From contig NW_003314336.1 in assembly GCF_000143415.4 (NCBI RefSeq), positions 237,296-301,295 of the forward strand: a DNA stretch of 64,000 nt, in the 5' to 3' direction. This stretch comes from Selaginella moellendorffii (lineage: Eukaryota > Plantae > Lycopodiophyta). Made by a program: the position numbers and the translations under genes. Under the pieces are notes generated by a model. It did no database searches. It was not told the DNA's origin and worked only from the letters and a program-made list of their open reading frames with translations. Shown in pieces: positions 1 through 12,697 of this stretch. Numbering within the stretch: position 1 is the first letter of the stretch; every line of letters starts with the position of its first letter.

Positions 1-136
1 TGAACCTCGGGTTCCTATGGACATGTGGCATGGACACGTGGTATGTGACATGTGGCATCTGTCACGTGGCACAAAGAGGGTTTAGGTTCCGCTTTGTGGT
101 GTTAAAGGATAAAGGGTCAAAACCACGTGCGCTACA
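1..136 (+). mobile_element. 3' end of a family-B LTR
   Basis: Ends ...ATAAAGGGTCAAAACCACGTGCGCTACA, closely matching the LTR end at 39670-39698, which is followed by a PBS. Confidence 0.7.
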
Positions 137-749
137 AATATGAGGAACAACCTTCTCAAATATCCATTTTTCGGTCCCCACTAAGTCCCTTTTCGTCCCT
201 AGCCATATTTGCCAACACTACTATTGGGTCAGGGCCCAAAGGCCCAACCACTACGTCCCATTGACTTCTAAGACTTTCTTCCCATATGACCACATCCTTG
301 GTCACTACACAAGAGGACTGTTCCTCTTCCTTTTCATAATTTGAGATTTTAGAACAACATTTCAAAACACTGTGGCACTACATGAGCCTTGTGGGTACTC
401 TCCCCAACTTCTGCCTTTTGGGTGCCCTAGCCATGTGGCTAAAGTGAGGTTCTGATGAGCCATGCCAAGTCCCACACTTGGATTAGGAATACGACCATTT
501 GATTTTCTGGAGGAGCTAGAGTCAGCTATTGAACACTTCACTAAATTACCCCACTTGTTTATCCATATTTACTTTAGCCTTAGACTCCTTTGTGGTTATA
601 TCATCACCCACCACATGGGTATAGCTTCCTTGGTCACACTGGCCTTTCTTGGCCAAACTGGCTCTACTAGAGTTTTCCCCCTACTATACTTTTGGAGTTC
701 ACCAAACCCCCCAGGGTCTGGGAGATGATCGCTTTGGGCTTTCACCCTT

Positions 750-1110
750 AGACTTGGACTTGAACTTAGACTCAGCCTTGGACTCAGATTTGCACTTGGA
801 CTTGAACTTAGACTCAGTGTTGGACTCGGTCTTAGTCTTAGTCTTGAACTTGGTTTTGGTTTCAATCTTGGTCTCGGCCTCGACCTAGGGCTCCATCTCA
901 AGTCCATCTTGGACTCGACCTTGGACTCCTTCTCGGGTCCATCTCGGACTCCATCTGGGGTCCATCTTGGACTCCATCTCAGGTCTATCTTGAACTGCAT
1001 TTCGGGTCTATCTTAGACTCTATCTCAGGTCCATCTCAAACTCTATCTCAGGTCTATCTTAGACTCCATCTCAGACTCCATCTCAAGTCTATCTTAGACT
1101 CCATCTCAAA
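750..1110. repeat. GGACTC / GGACTCCATCTC microsatellite-like array inside LTR A
   Basis: Direct inspection; same array at 44452-44975 and 50210-50640. Confidence 0.85.
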
Positions 1111-2408
1111 TCTATCTTAGACTCCATCTCAAGTCTATTTCGGATTCCTTCTCAAACTCCATCTCGGACTCCTTTTTGGACTTGTTTTTGATACTTCCAT
1201 ATGTCACAGCACCTTGTCATGTGTCAGTCCTTCTTGTGTCCTTTTTTAGAGACTCATTCACTGATTGCTTCATGCTTATTCCTCGAGCACTTTGTTTGGA
1301 TTTCCACTCCCACTCTTGACTTTCCAAGTTGGAGCCTTTGGTTCAAACATATTACACTTGTTAGGCTTCTGCTTCAGCCACTACCAAATGGCACCCTTTT
1401 TACTCCACTTTGGGGCTTAGGGATTTATGTCTTACAATTCCACCACCCATAGATGAAATTTGATGTCCTCATCAAACGATAAACCATTTTATAAAGTAAC
1501 CCTATCATGGATTACTATTTTTCATCCTTGGCACCAAGCCAATATTCATCATTGGTTCGACACTGAAGGCTAACCATTCCTTGCCCATCCTCTAAGGAGC
1601 ATATTCTCTCCAACTTAAAAACTCATTAAACCACTTATGGTGATCCTTCCCCTTTTGTTCGTTTAGTTCATGCTAAACTTGTTAGAAACACCTTTTTTAT
1701 TTTTATTTTACTACTCATTCAAAAGTAGTCTCAGTCTCTATCAACATAACTATCACATTTTGGAACTTTAATATTGATATCTAGAGTCAATTTCTTAAGT
1801 GTGTTTAACACCTTACATTGCACTAGTTACGTAAACACCACTTCCCCATCCTAGGAAATTCTTTACTTGAAGGTACTATCATCTTCTTTTTTATTTCGTG
1901 CCACCTTTAGCACTAAATTCCACTTATTCATAATTTGTGCTAAGGTTATCCATGGCCATATCATTTGGCTACTTTGCCGCTCCATCTTTTAGCTTTCACC
2001 TTTGCCAAATTGGAGCATTTGGGAATCCATCATTGAAAATATATTTCTTTTTTCACAATCTGTTAACATCCAACACATGAGTGTTCTTCACTTAATTTTG
2101 CCATTTGGATTCCTTCCAATGATTTCTATAACTCAATCTTGGCCATTTATCTTTTGTTCCTATCCTTTAACTATTGCACTAAGCAAGTTAAGATCACTAT
2201 TGAAGTATCCTTTTAGTTCCATAGCAAAGGCTCTACTTCGCTAAGTCTAGGGGGTGTTCACCCCTAGTAAGTCTCTTTAGCATTATTTGCTGTGGGCTCT
2301 ATCCACGGCCCAACTTTATGACCCGGGTCCATCTTTAAAGACTATTTTGTTAGACTTATAACACTATTGCATTACCACAACTCATTTCCCTTAGGTGTCC
2401 TTTTCATT

Positions 2409-3027
2409 TAGTCACCTTGACTAAGTCACACCATTATCAATAGTTTAAATCAACACTTTGAACTAGGAACTTTGAACTTTGTTCTTGTTTAGCCACAAGA
2501 TCGCTTAATGATCTCACCTTGACACCTTCACAGGTTTTCCAATAAGTGCTAAGTCTTCCAGACTTTTAAATTGTTGACCATGACCCCGGGGGCATCCCCC
2601 AAGTGCATTTACTAAGTCACACCATTATTAATAGTTCAAATCAACACTTTGAATTAAGAACTTTATTTTTTAACCTCACAAGGACTTTGTCCTTGTTTAG
2701 GTATAAGATCACTTAATGATCTTACCTTGACACCTTCACAGGTTTTCCAATAAGTTCTAGATCTTTCAGACTTTTAAATTGTTGACTATGACCCCGGGGG
2801 CATCCCCCAAGTGCATTTAGTCATCTTGACCAAGTCACACCATTATTAATAATTCAAATCAACACTTTGAACTAAGAACTTTATTCTTTAACCTCATAAG
2901 GACTTTGTCCTTGTTTAGCCATAAGATCACTTAATGATCTCACTTTGACACCTTCACAAGTTTTCCAATAAGTGCTAGATCTTCCAGACTTTTAAATTGT
3001 TGACCATGACCCCGGGGGCATCCCCCA
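2409..3027. repeat. Triple tandem repeat, unit ~200-210 bp
   Basis: Unit AAGTCACACCATTAT...GACCCCGGGGGCATCCCCCA occurs three times; single copy at ~46170-46380. Confidence 0.85.
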
Positions 3028-3975
3028 TACTTGGTGGTACACCCAAACCAGCCTTTCTGGCCAATGGTCCATGGCAATTGAGATTGAGTGTCCTCATTTC
3101 ATTCACCATATCTTTAGCGCCATTTGCACCAAAGTGTAAGTTTTGATATTTAGATTTCTTGGGAGGTCACCTAACCCAGTACTATTCAAACCCAAGGACG
3201 TTTAACCCCAAATATCCGAAAACCCTTGACCAATAGGAAAAAGGGGTGCACTCTTATTCATAGGCCCTTTCCCTTTATATTTGAACTCTTATGGATTGTA
3301 TCTCAAGCCATTCTTTTTAGTTGCTTACACAAAGTTGTTCAAGTTAGATATGGTGAGCTTTCACCCTAAGCAATCTAACTATGCATCATGACTCTAAGGC
3401 ATCCCTCACTTGGTAGTGTGCCCAAACTAGTCTCCATATTAAGAATCCATGACTATTGAGAAATGAGTATTGCCATATTCCAAACCATCATCATGCCCTA
3501 GTGAGTTGGGACTTAAACCCAAGCACTAGAGAGTTGGGACTCAAACCCAACCTCCGCATATACATCTATGTGTGGCATCACCAAGGATGCCTGGCATAAC
3601 TCCCCATGCTAGTGCACCAAATTATACCCAATTGTGCACTATAAATCATAACTTAGGAACCTAGTTCCTTTGAACTACCAAGTGACAAGTTTATGATTAT
3701 GTATAGACTCCTCCATGCTTGGCCCCATGGGCCACCCCTTTTGAAGTCAATACCTTTAACTAAAATTTTTGTTCCCCTAACTTGCCAATCTCGCTTAGCA
3801 AGTCACTTGACTAACGTAACATAGTTTTATGCATAAGCATGAAAGTCTTTAACTATCGATTTTCATTCAAAGCCATCTCTTTGAACATCCAGGAATTACT
3901 TCCCCACACTTGATACCTCGCCTCATAACAAATTTCAAGGCTACACTTCTATTATGCTATTTTGATTTTACACAT

Positions 3976-3999
3976 AAGCTCTATTTCGTTAAAGTGGGA
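3976..3999 (+). repeat. Left TIR, copy 1
   Basis: Reverse complement of 18663-18686. Confidence 0.95.
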
Positions 4000-4417
4000 A
4001 TTGTCATTATCCCACTTGTAAAATAAGGTTTCCAAACCTTTATATAGTATATAAATATAACAAAATTCAACTGCATTGAGGCACATGCCATTTTATTTTA
4101 AACAAGGAAATGTCTACTCAATCACTTCTCCTCCCCCTGCCACTGCTTCACCTCACTCTTCTCCTTATCATCGTCGTCTAATTTCTTTCCATCCTTTTAA
4201 TATTGGCTCAGTTGCTCCAAGACTAGGTGGAGCCCAAGTCCCCATTCAATCTTTACTTTCCCCTTATTAATAAAACAACTTCGTAGACTTCCAATAACAT
4301 GCTGTAACACTTCTAGTATAATGCAAATCCTCTCAAAGAATTGTCTTTTAATATTAATACAATGGCATGGAACCCCATGCCATAATAAGTTACATTTTTA
4401 AATAAATACATGCCATC

Positions 4418-7400
4418 TCAGACTGTTATTTTTTGCCTCCAACGCCTATACAATAATCTTGGAATTTCATCACTCTCCACACTATCAGGATTTAAACCCA
4501 ATAGTAATGCCATCTCTTCTCTAATACGTCCACGCTCATGTTCAGTGGTCGAAGAACCCATCCGGTTGAGCAGATTATGGAGATGCGGATAGTGCTTGGC
4601 TAGACAATATACATGCCATAAATGATGATTGGTGTCTGTCCGATCAAATGGCTTCTGATATACCGTTCCATTTGCCATTTGGTTGATTTCTGCAGCCACC
4701 TCCTGGACTGGCCGGTTCTCTATCACCATCGCTCCAAGCCGTTTTGCAAGGTCCCCCAGAACATACGGTTTCTTCTCCCTAGTTTCCATACTGCAATAGA
4801 TGGGGTGCATTGCATATGTGTGTGTGTTCGCTGCAGTTTTAATCGGCGAGTCATCGATGATGAGGATTTCACTTGACCTAGCAGTCCGGTTCATCACTAC
4901 AACCTCTGCCTTGACGAAGATGGGCTTGCTACCCCTCACATGGACCATAGTCAAGCAATCCTTCTGCGTTAGGAGAAAGTCAAATGGTAATATTACTCGC
5001 GTTGATCGTGCATCATCTGTAGCAACGTTAATGCATTGTGGCGCATCATGGATGTCCAAACTCCCAATTGCAAATTGAACCCGGCCCTCTGTTTTAAGTG
5101 TCGTATGGTCATTATTAGATCCCGCAGTTTCTCCCGTGTGATTAATGTGAATCTGTCTCTTTTGACCAACTTGCGACCGCAGGCTTTGGAGGGTGCAGTG
5201 ACATTCGAGGATGAGCCATGCTCATGGGAGAAAAGGACACCGTTCAGATCAAAAACGATACAGTACCTTCGCCGTGACTCTGAAATGAAATGCGTCAGCA
5301 TAAAAAATGGTACAAGTCAATTTTACCATCTACAATATTAGCGAATGGTGCTCCCGATGGTTGTTGAGAGGGTTTTGGTCGAGGAAACGTGAAGGGCAGA
5401 AATACTCTCCTCTGCAATGTGGGGTCAATCGCATCCGATGGCGTGTGGGCACATGCCATTTCAGCTGTAGACTCTGGTACAACTGGCTCAACAGTGGCAT
5501 GGGGTGGTTCCGATGGCGTGTGATCACACGCCATTTCAGCTTGTGCCTCCGTTGGCAAAGTGGACATGACCGAACAAGCAGCAGGGGCGGTGTAGGGAGG
5601 TTCCAACGGCGCGTAGTCAGACGATTGGGCACACGTTGAGTCTGTTGGAAATGAGGATACGACCGGCTCGGCGGCTGGGGCGGCCTCATGCAGGTCCAAT
5701 GGCGCCTGGTCACCGTCAGTTAGATACGTGGACAAGATTGACTCAGTGGTATGGGCAGCATCAAGTGGAGCGTAGTCAGCTTGCTTGGCGTTGATATGGA
5801 TAGTAGCCTCCACTAGCTCTGATGACTCTTGCAGGCAAGTAGAGTCCACTGGCGGATCCATATGCATGTCCAAATATCTCCCTTCGATTGAGATGGTATC
5901 CTCCCTACTGGCTACTAAAAACAAACTCATTAGCACATTGAATCGACTATACTATATTTACCATCAACTGCTATAGGACCGATATCACTTGGGCGCACTA
6001 CTGATTCTAAAGGATTGGACATACGTTTTGACCCTTGCTTGGCACTATCCTTCCTCGACACTAAAGGCTAGAGTTTGTATCTTAATTCAATTGAATAATC
6101 TCTACTTACCATTTGCTCTGCGACCTACATGGACAATGTTAAAAATGGTAAAAGGTTAGGAATGGATGTACTATTATTTACCTGATGGTTTGTTTTGTAT
6201 GACCTTCCTCCGCTGCTCTTTGGCCACCTCAGGCTGGCCATCGTCGTCATCATCGTCGTCGTCGTTATTGTGATCATCACCATTGTGAGGACCATCCAAG
6301 TCCTCTTCGTCCTCCTTTTCTTCGTCCTCCTCTTCTTTGTCCTCCTCTTCTTTGTCCTCCTCTTCGTCCTTCTGCTCTTCCTGCTCATTATCTTTCTCTG
6401 GCTCCTCATCCCCCTCCTGCATTTCTTCCATAGGCTGCTCAGGCTGGATGGCTTGTTCTTCCAGGACCATCTTGGGAAAATCATCTGGCCGAGTCTCCAT
6501 CTCAAAATACAAGACATCCATAGCCTGTTTTAGTGCGTGACCTAGGACCGTATCCTCACCCGACTGTCTTAACATGGTTTTTGCACGTTCTTGCACCCTT
6601 CGAAGACGACGAGATGAGAAAAACGTGGCCTTGACTTGAAAAGCATCCCTCATCTATTGTACCTCTCCATTGAGATTGGGGAAGGGGAGTCCGCCATAGG
6701 AATCTGAGTCAGGAGGTGGTGACTAGCTGCTTTCACTTAGCCCTTGATCTGCAATGAATGGCATGAGCACACACGCCATAACCGCGAGGCATTACCTATC
6801 ATCTTTTCGTTGCCCTTCTTCCTTTTCGAATCAAACGCCTCTGATCCCGACGACTGTCCAACGTGCTTTCGCTTTTTATGACCACTGTCAATTTGAGCTT
6901 GGCTGGTGCTTGCCTGTTTTGCCTTTGAAGAAGTGTCTCCTGCAAGGAATGGCATGAGACCACACGCCATTGCAAATATAATTTGTACCTCCTTTTCTCC
7001 TATTGCTTGTCTGTTTGTCCTTCTTCGACGTGCCACCAGTGCGCTTTTCAGTCCTCGTGTCTGAATATTCACAACGATCTATAATCAAAATGGCGTGAGG
7101 CCTCACGTGACCTTACCTTGTGCAGGTTGTGAGCTCGGCCCAACATGGGTATCTTCAACAGTAGCTGTTAACGCCGTTTCAGCATCTGGGGGTGGCCACG
7201 CTCCTGCATACATAGCTTGTGAGATAACATTTAAACTTAAAGTGCGTACTCACCAGGTTCGCAGAGAAGATACTGTTTTTCTTTGGCAATTGTAATTATA
7301 TGCTCCATTGAAGTCACCTCTTCAATGGAGTTTGTCACCGCAACACACGGGACACCCTTGAGTAGTGCGGCTCGAAAGAATAGTCCGCTGCAGTTGTACT

Positions 7401-10032
7401 CGACAACGCATTTGCCCTTGGAGTCGGAAGCAGGTGACCCACCCGCTATTGCGTTGAAGACCTGCACCTGGAGCTTTCTTTGGATTTGAAAGCTCCATAG
7501 CTGTCTTCAGTTCCTCAGGCACGGGTAAATTGACCTCCCTCAGATCAATTCAATCGGCCTTGTCGAACGAAGCTGGGAAGTCACTCCAGTCCCACTCTGC
7601 TGCAGGACCAATAACAAGGGCAAGTGTGAAGATGCGGACATTCGTCGGTATCTTCTTCTTAGCCATTATCCCATGGATCTCCCGCATCTCCTTGCCTTTC
7701 AACCGAGCCTTCACCTCGTTCAAGGCCTTCCAGAACTTGTGATAGGATTCGGAGTCGTAGATCATATAGTGGACTGAAGATTCCACCTCCGCAAGTCCCA
7801 CCATTAAGTCAATGATGGAGCTGACTTCGTCTGCATGAGTGATCTCCTCGTTTGTGAAGTCCATCACACAAAAGATGTTCTTGACCTGCTCATCTCCGCG
7901 GGAAACGATGTTCCTCCACCTTTGATCCTCATCCGAATTCACGTATACCCGGTAAGGTTCTCGATAGGCCTCTGCTGCGGGGTCGAGCTGTTTCTGAAGC
8001 CGGCAGTCGACATCCCTCTTAATGAAATTTGGATACTGATCCAACTTCTCAGCTTTACTTTTCGTGGCATCCCGCAGCAGATCGATGAACTTGGGGGCCC
8101 CCTTCACGTACTCGTCGATGTCTTCATTTGACAACTCCAGCGCTTCCATCATCTCTTGCGTGGTGTCGATGCTCACCCTCTCCACGGCCACTTGCTCGAA
8201 GATCCAATCCTTCAATAGCGCATGAGCTCTCAGAGTCGTGTACAAGTCCTCGTATGTCACAATATGGCCGGGAGTCATTTTGGTCTTGTTGAAGACTACC
8301 TCACCACGTTGAAGAGCATTAGCCACTGTCAGAAGGTCGTCATCGTCTAGAGACCGCGAGAAACGCAAGGCGTTGAGCTTCAAATCATTGGGCTTCCGGC
8401 TGTCCTCCACACCCATTGAGTTTAGCAACTCCCCGTCATGGTACTTCCTCAGCACATCTACCCATTTGTCAAAAACAACTTTTGTCGCGAGTAGAATGTT
8501 ATGGATGCTGAGTGTGTCATTGACCCCCAGTGTTTTCGAGAGAAGACTCGAGAATTCCTGCAATGGAAATGGCGTGAGGCCACATGCTATGCCACATGCA
8601 ACGAGGCTTATCTGCCAGGCGCTAGTTGCTAGTGCACGTCCTTGTCCTGGTTTTTGTGGCTTCTTCAGTTGAACCCAGAGCTTCCGTGTTCGTGCCAATG
8701 TCTCGTGCAGACCCGATTTGTAGCACGTTTCTTGCTTGACATTCTGTGCGTGGGAGATGTATATGATAGATCGGAGGGGCGAGTTGCCTTTTATCAGGCG
8801 GACAACTCTTGTCTTGAAGACTTTCTTCACCTCCTCGCCCACCATAATATCCACAACTATCTCTTGCATTGCCAAGCTAGAATGCTGCCCGGAGACGGCA
8901 TAGAACCGGATGTTCTGATCGTCCAACACCTTCCTATTGATCAAGTCTGGAAACCTCGTCTCGCCCTTCATTGTTCGGTAGTAGGGGATCACGTCTGCGA
9001 TGTCGGGTGTTACTGGACTTGCCAGCATCTTCTGCTTCAGTTTCTCCACCCACTCATCAGATACTAGCCTGTGGTTGTATTTGCTTTGGATGTTGATACG
9101 GCTCATGTCAATTGTATATACTTTGTTGGAATAGTAACAAGTACTATTATCTGCGACGATTTTTGCTACCTCTTCTTGCTCTTTCTGCTCTTTGCGGCTC
9201 TTCTTTTTGGTGGGTGTAGTGTTCGAACCCGAGGCAATGGCATCACCGAGTAGCTTCTTTTTTGGAGCAGGAGAGTCGGACGTCGGCTTGAGCTTGACCA
9301 CCCTTTTCTGCTTCGGGGTAGTTTCCAAATCGACCCCCTTCCCCTTCGCTTCGCGAACTGGAGGCACTCTCAACGACTCAATGTTGGAATATAGTTTTTG
9401 AACATCGCCGTAGGTGAGGTCCGTGGATTCCATGTGATCTTCATAGACCCGCAGCGTCTTTGAAATTGTGGGCCTCCTAGACAACCTCTCCCTAGCTCCC
9501 TCTAGGAATTCCTCATAGCCACTGCCCCCCTCCGGGAAGCCGCTAGGATGTGCAAGGTGGATCTTGAAGGCGGACGCTGTCTCTACCACAAGTGCCAGTC
9601 CATATTCTTGCATGGAACTGCATGGAGTGTCTGTCACTTGGATGAGGATCCCCATGCATTCTTTTCTCCCACCATCTGTGTTGTACAGCCTCAGATCCTC
9701 GCCTTCCATCCCGAAAGTCCAACTGGTGAGCTCCTCCCCCTTCTCTGCATCCACATTGACAGTGGCTGGAAGAAGAACACAATTCCTCGCCTGTTCAGAA
9801 ATGCACAACAATTAGAGCTGACAGATGAAAAGCTAGCAGCTGGAAATAACGTGAGGCCACACGCCATTCACCACTGCATCAGATGTCTTGAGGCTGCATC
9901 CTAAGATGGCGTGAGGCTACACGCCATCTGTAACCGGACTGCACTCGAGAGCCCAATCGGTGCATGCCAATGTTGCTACTGAATGGCATGTGGCCTCATG
10001 CCATTTTCTACTTGGCCTAAAAGACTTACCAT
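4418..10032 (-). pseudogene. Multi-exon cargo gene, copy 1 (ParB-like, MTase-like, acidic/Pro-rich, FCP1-type HAD phosphatase)
   Basis: ATG at 10032-10030. GT-AG introns at 9791-10029, 8558-8611 (donor mutated to AT here), 7204-7253, 7079-7116, 6940-6988, 6749-6795, 6125-6181, 6061-6109, 5915-5961, 5280-5326 join the ORF-track pieces in frame. Copy-specific stops (7550, ~6725, ~6655) and frameshifts (~7450, ~5001). Confidence 0.75.
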
Positions 10033-10239
10033 TTGAAGCCGAATGGAGGCGTGACAATCAAGGCCAGACTTGCTGGCGAATGTGCACTGTGTGTGCAGCG
10101 GATTGTAGCAGCAAGGCTACTCTGCCACTTACAGTTGGAGAGTGGCGCTGAAATCTCCCGGGACGCCAAGTGGGCTGCGTGTGGGTGGCGGAGTGGGCGG
10201 CGGAGTTGGCGACGAAGTTACAAACTGGGTGTGTCTTGA

Positions 10240-10402
10240 AGTGGACGCCGATGCACACGAGCGGGATGCGAGTGCGAGTGTGATGCAAGCGCGAGTGGAC
10301 GCCGATGCACACGAGAAACCTGTAGAGAAGGTAGATGAGCGCGAATGTGAGCGTGATCGCGAGTGGGAGCACAATGCGAGCGCGAGTGTGCGAGCGCGAG
10401 TA
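10240..10402. repeat. CG-rich GCGAG(C/T)G-type low-complexity repeats upstream of the cargo gene
   Basis: Direct inspection; length differs among the three copies. Confidence 0.7.
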
Positions 10403-12673
10403 CGAAGCAAAATGCAAAACCTAACCTCACACACGCGAAATGTCACGACGGTTGGTAATCCCGCCACGTCATCATTCCTCGGACTTGGGCGCCACCATTA
10501 ATTTCTGGATCGCCGCGCGCATGCATGCACGTGAAATCCAAAAGAAATCCGCAACGTCATCATTCCTCAGACTGCATGCACGCAAAATATCATTTAATAC
10601 CCTCGCTATATTTATACCATGCATGATTGGATATTCCAAAGCATCTTGTATTTCCAAAAATGCCAGATGTTCAGCTAAATAAAGAATGGTATACAAAAAA
10701 TCCCAAAAAATGCACCAAAAAATGCTCGGTGTCATCTGGCGTAATCTCTTGAATGGCGTGGGGCCGCATGCCATTTTTAGGGGCACATAGGAGTATATTC
10801 CTAGAATATTCTGACATGCGCGAGATTTTTTTGAGTTTTTTGGAGATCCAACCGTTAGATCGCTAAACATATATGTACATTACCCCAATCCCAAAGGGAT
10901 CAAAACAACATTGAGAGCGCACTCTCGAAGAAACTAGTGAAACTATGAGCGCGAACGCCCGGCGCTGCTCTTGGGCCGTCCACCTCCCAGGTGACTCCAC
11001 CGCGGAGCTTGAAGCCACCTGCTTCGCCTCGCCACTCCTCCACTCGGTCACAATGATGTCAAGCCGGACGAACACCATGTCGATCTAGCTCGACGTCGTC
11101 GCAGCCAAGCAGTCCAACTCGAGCACGATGACCCGGCATCGCTCATGGGTCACTCGCCTCCAAGGTGATTCCACTGCACAAGCTGAAGCCACCTGTTACG
11201 CCCCAAGATGTGATGCTATGTCTTGGAGCGCCTACCTCCCCAGTGTACTTCCAGCACTAAGTCGGTGCCCATTGCGAACAAACTCCAAGGCGTAGAACAA
11301 GCAAGGTGTGAGCCTCCTCCAGCTCTAGACTAGAGCGTGCTACCTTGCCTCCCACACTAGACAAGTGCGCTGGCCCCCTTCAATGATATACGAGCCCCCA
11401 TTGCCGGCATCGCGACAATCACAAGACTTGCAAGCCTCCGCGAACCTCCTCAAAGGACTAGCCCTGAAGCAAGAACCATGTGGGATCCCCTCCGCGAGCA
11501 AACCAACTTGGCCATCCGCCACTGGCCCCCTTTGTGACAGCACTTCCCTGTCACTAGATCCAAAAATGCGCCCATAGTGTCTTCCACGTCCATCCACCAC
11601 AGACACTTCGCTATGTCGGGATGTCGTCCTGAACTGTCCTCCACCAGTCAACAAAGTTCCCATGACTTGGTCGTGTTTCCACGACTCAAGTCGCCAAGAA
11701 CCTCCGACACATGCAGCTTCACGCTCCCCGTACCTCAGTCGCCACCTTGCATGGCCCGACCTAAGGCGAGAAATCCCACTCGAAGCTGCGAGACCAGCAA
11801 CCGTCGCGTTTCCACCATGTTGCTGCCGTGCCAACCACATGCAACGAAGATCCCTGACACTTAGAGTGGCCGGATCAAAGATCGCGCCGCCACCCTGAGT
11901 CCTGCCCTAACCGTAGTTAGGGCAAAAGCCAGCCAAGAACCCTAACCCTAGCCACGAATTAGGGCAGGTGAGAACTCTGAGACCGTGAAGAATTTTTGCC
12001 TGCGCTTCTGGGAGGGTGTGAGGCTCCCTCCCAGCTATCCCCCTGTGAATTTTTGTGGAAAAATTCCAAGCCGTTCAGGAGTTATGAGCTCCCAAAAAAC
12101 TTGAAACCATGAGAAGCGAAAAAAGAAGAGGAGGAGAGGAGAGCGTCCAGATCTGCGTGTTGCTGCTGCAGCCGTGGTGTTCCTAACTGCCCTCTCCACT
12201 CCTCCAAATCTCTGAGCCCCGAAAAACCCTAGCCGCCGCCGAAGAGACCTAAAAACAGCAGCGACCTAGGTCCAACCGTTAGATCGCAACTAGATTTTAC
12301 AGAATGGTATACAATGTCTTTCTTGATGACCCTGCAAAGAAGCATCTCGATCGGACACCACATAAGACCACACGAGCCTTACAATGTTTCAGGGGCATTT
12401 GCCATAGATCCGACCGTTATTTTGCTCCAAGATTTTACAGTTTGGTGTGCATTGACCTTTCCATCGAAACTGCAAAGGGACATCACAATCAGATGTGGGA
12501 TCACAAGAAACTAACTTCACTAACTCTGGTTTCACCAAGATCTACGTAAGGAGTTATGAAATGAAAGGACCCTCTCTATTGAAATGTGTTTATGGTCCTA
12601 GGGGCATTGTGACATATCGAAGGATTTTGCATCAAGTTTTGTATTTGCATGTTTATCAAGCTACTGAATTGCT

Positions 12674-12697
12674 AAACCCTAAACCCTAAACCCTAAA
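12674..12697. repeat. Plant telomere-type (AAACCCT)3 / telo-box in the central spacer
   Basis: AAACCCTAAACCCTAAACCCTAAA; also 32631-32654; a single unit in copy 3 (~60097). Confidence 0.8.

Larger units (their letters stand above)
137..3975 (-). mobile_element. Family-A LTR retrotransposon fragment: 3' LTR (137-1436), PPT (1437-1450), non-coding internal region, cut off by DNA transposon copy 1
   Basis: Collinear with 44095-47125. LTR ends ...GTCTTACA, followed by ATTCCACCACCCAT (minus-strand polypurine tract). Confidence 0.75.

Noticed and set aside
6195-6533. Hydrophobic membrane-like ORF
   Set aside because: Antisense of the Glu/Asp-rich exon.
11340-11898. ORFs in the copy-1-specific segment as a cargo gene
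   Set aside because: Overlapping GC-rich ORFs without recognisable motifs.
12674-12697. True telomere or healed chromosome end
   Set aside because: Only three units, internal, and carried within the transposon.
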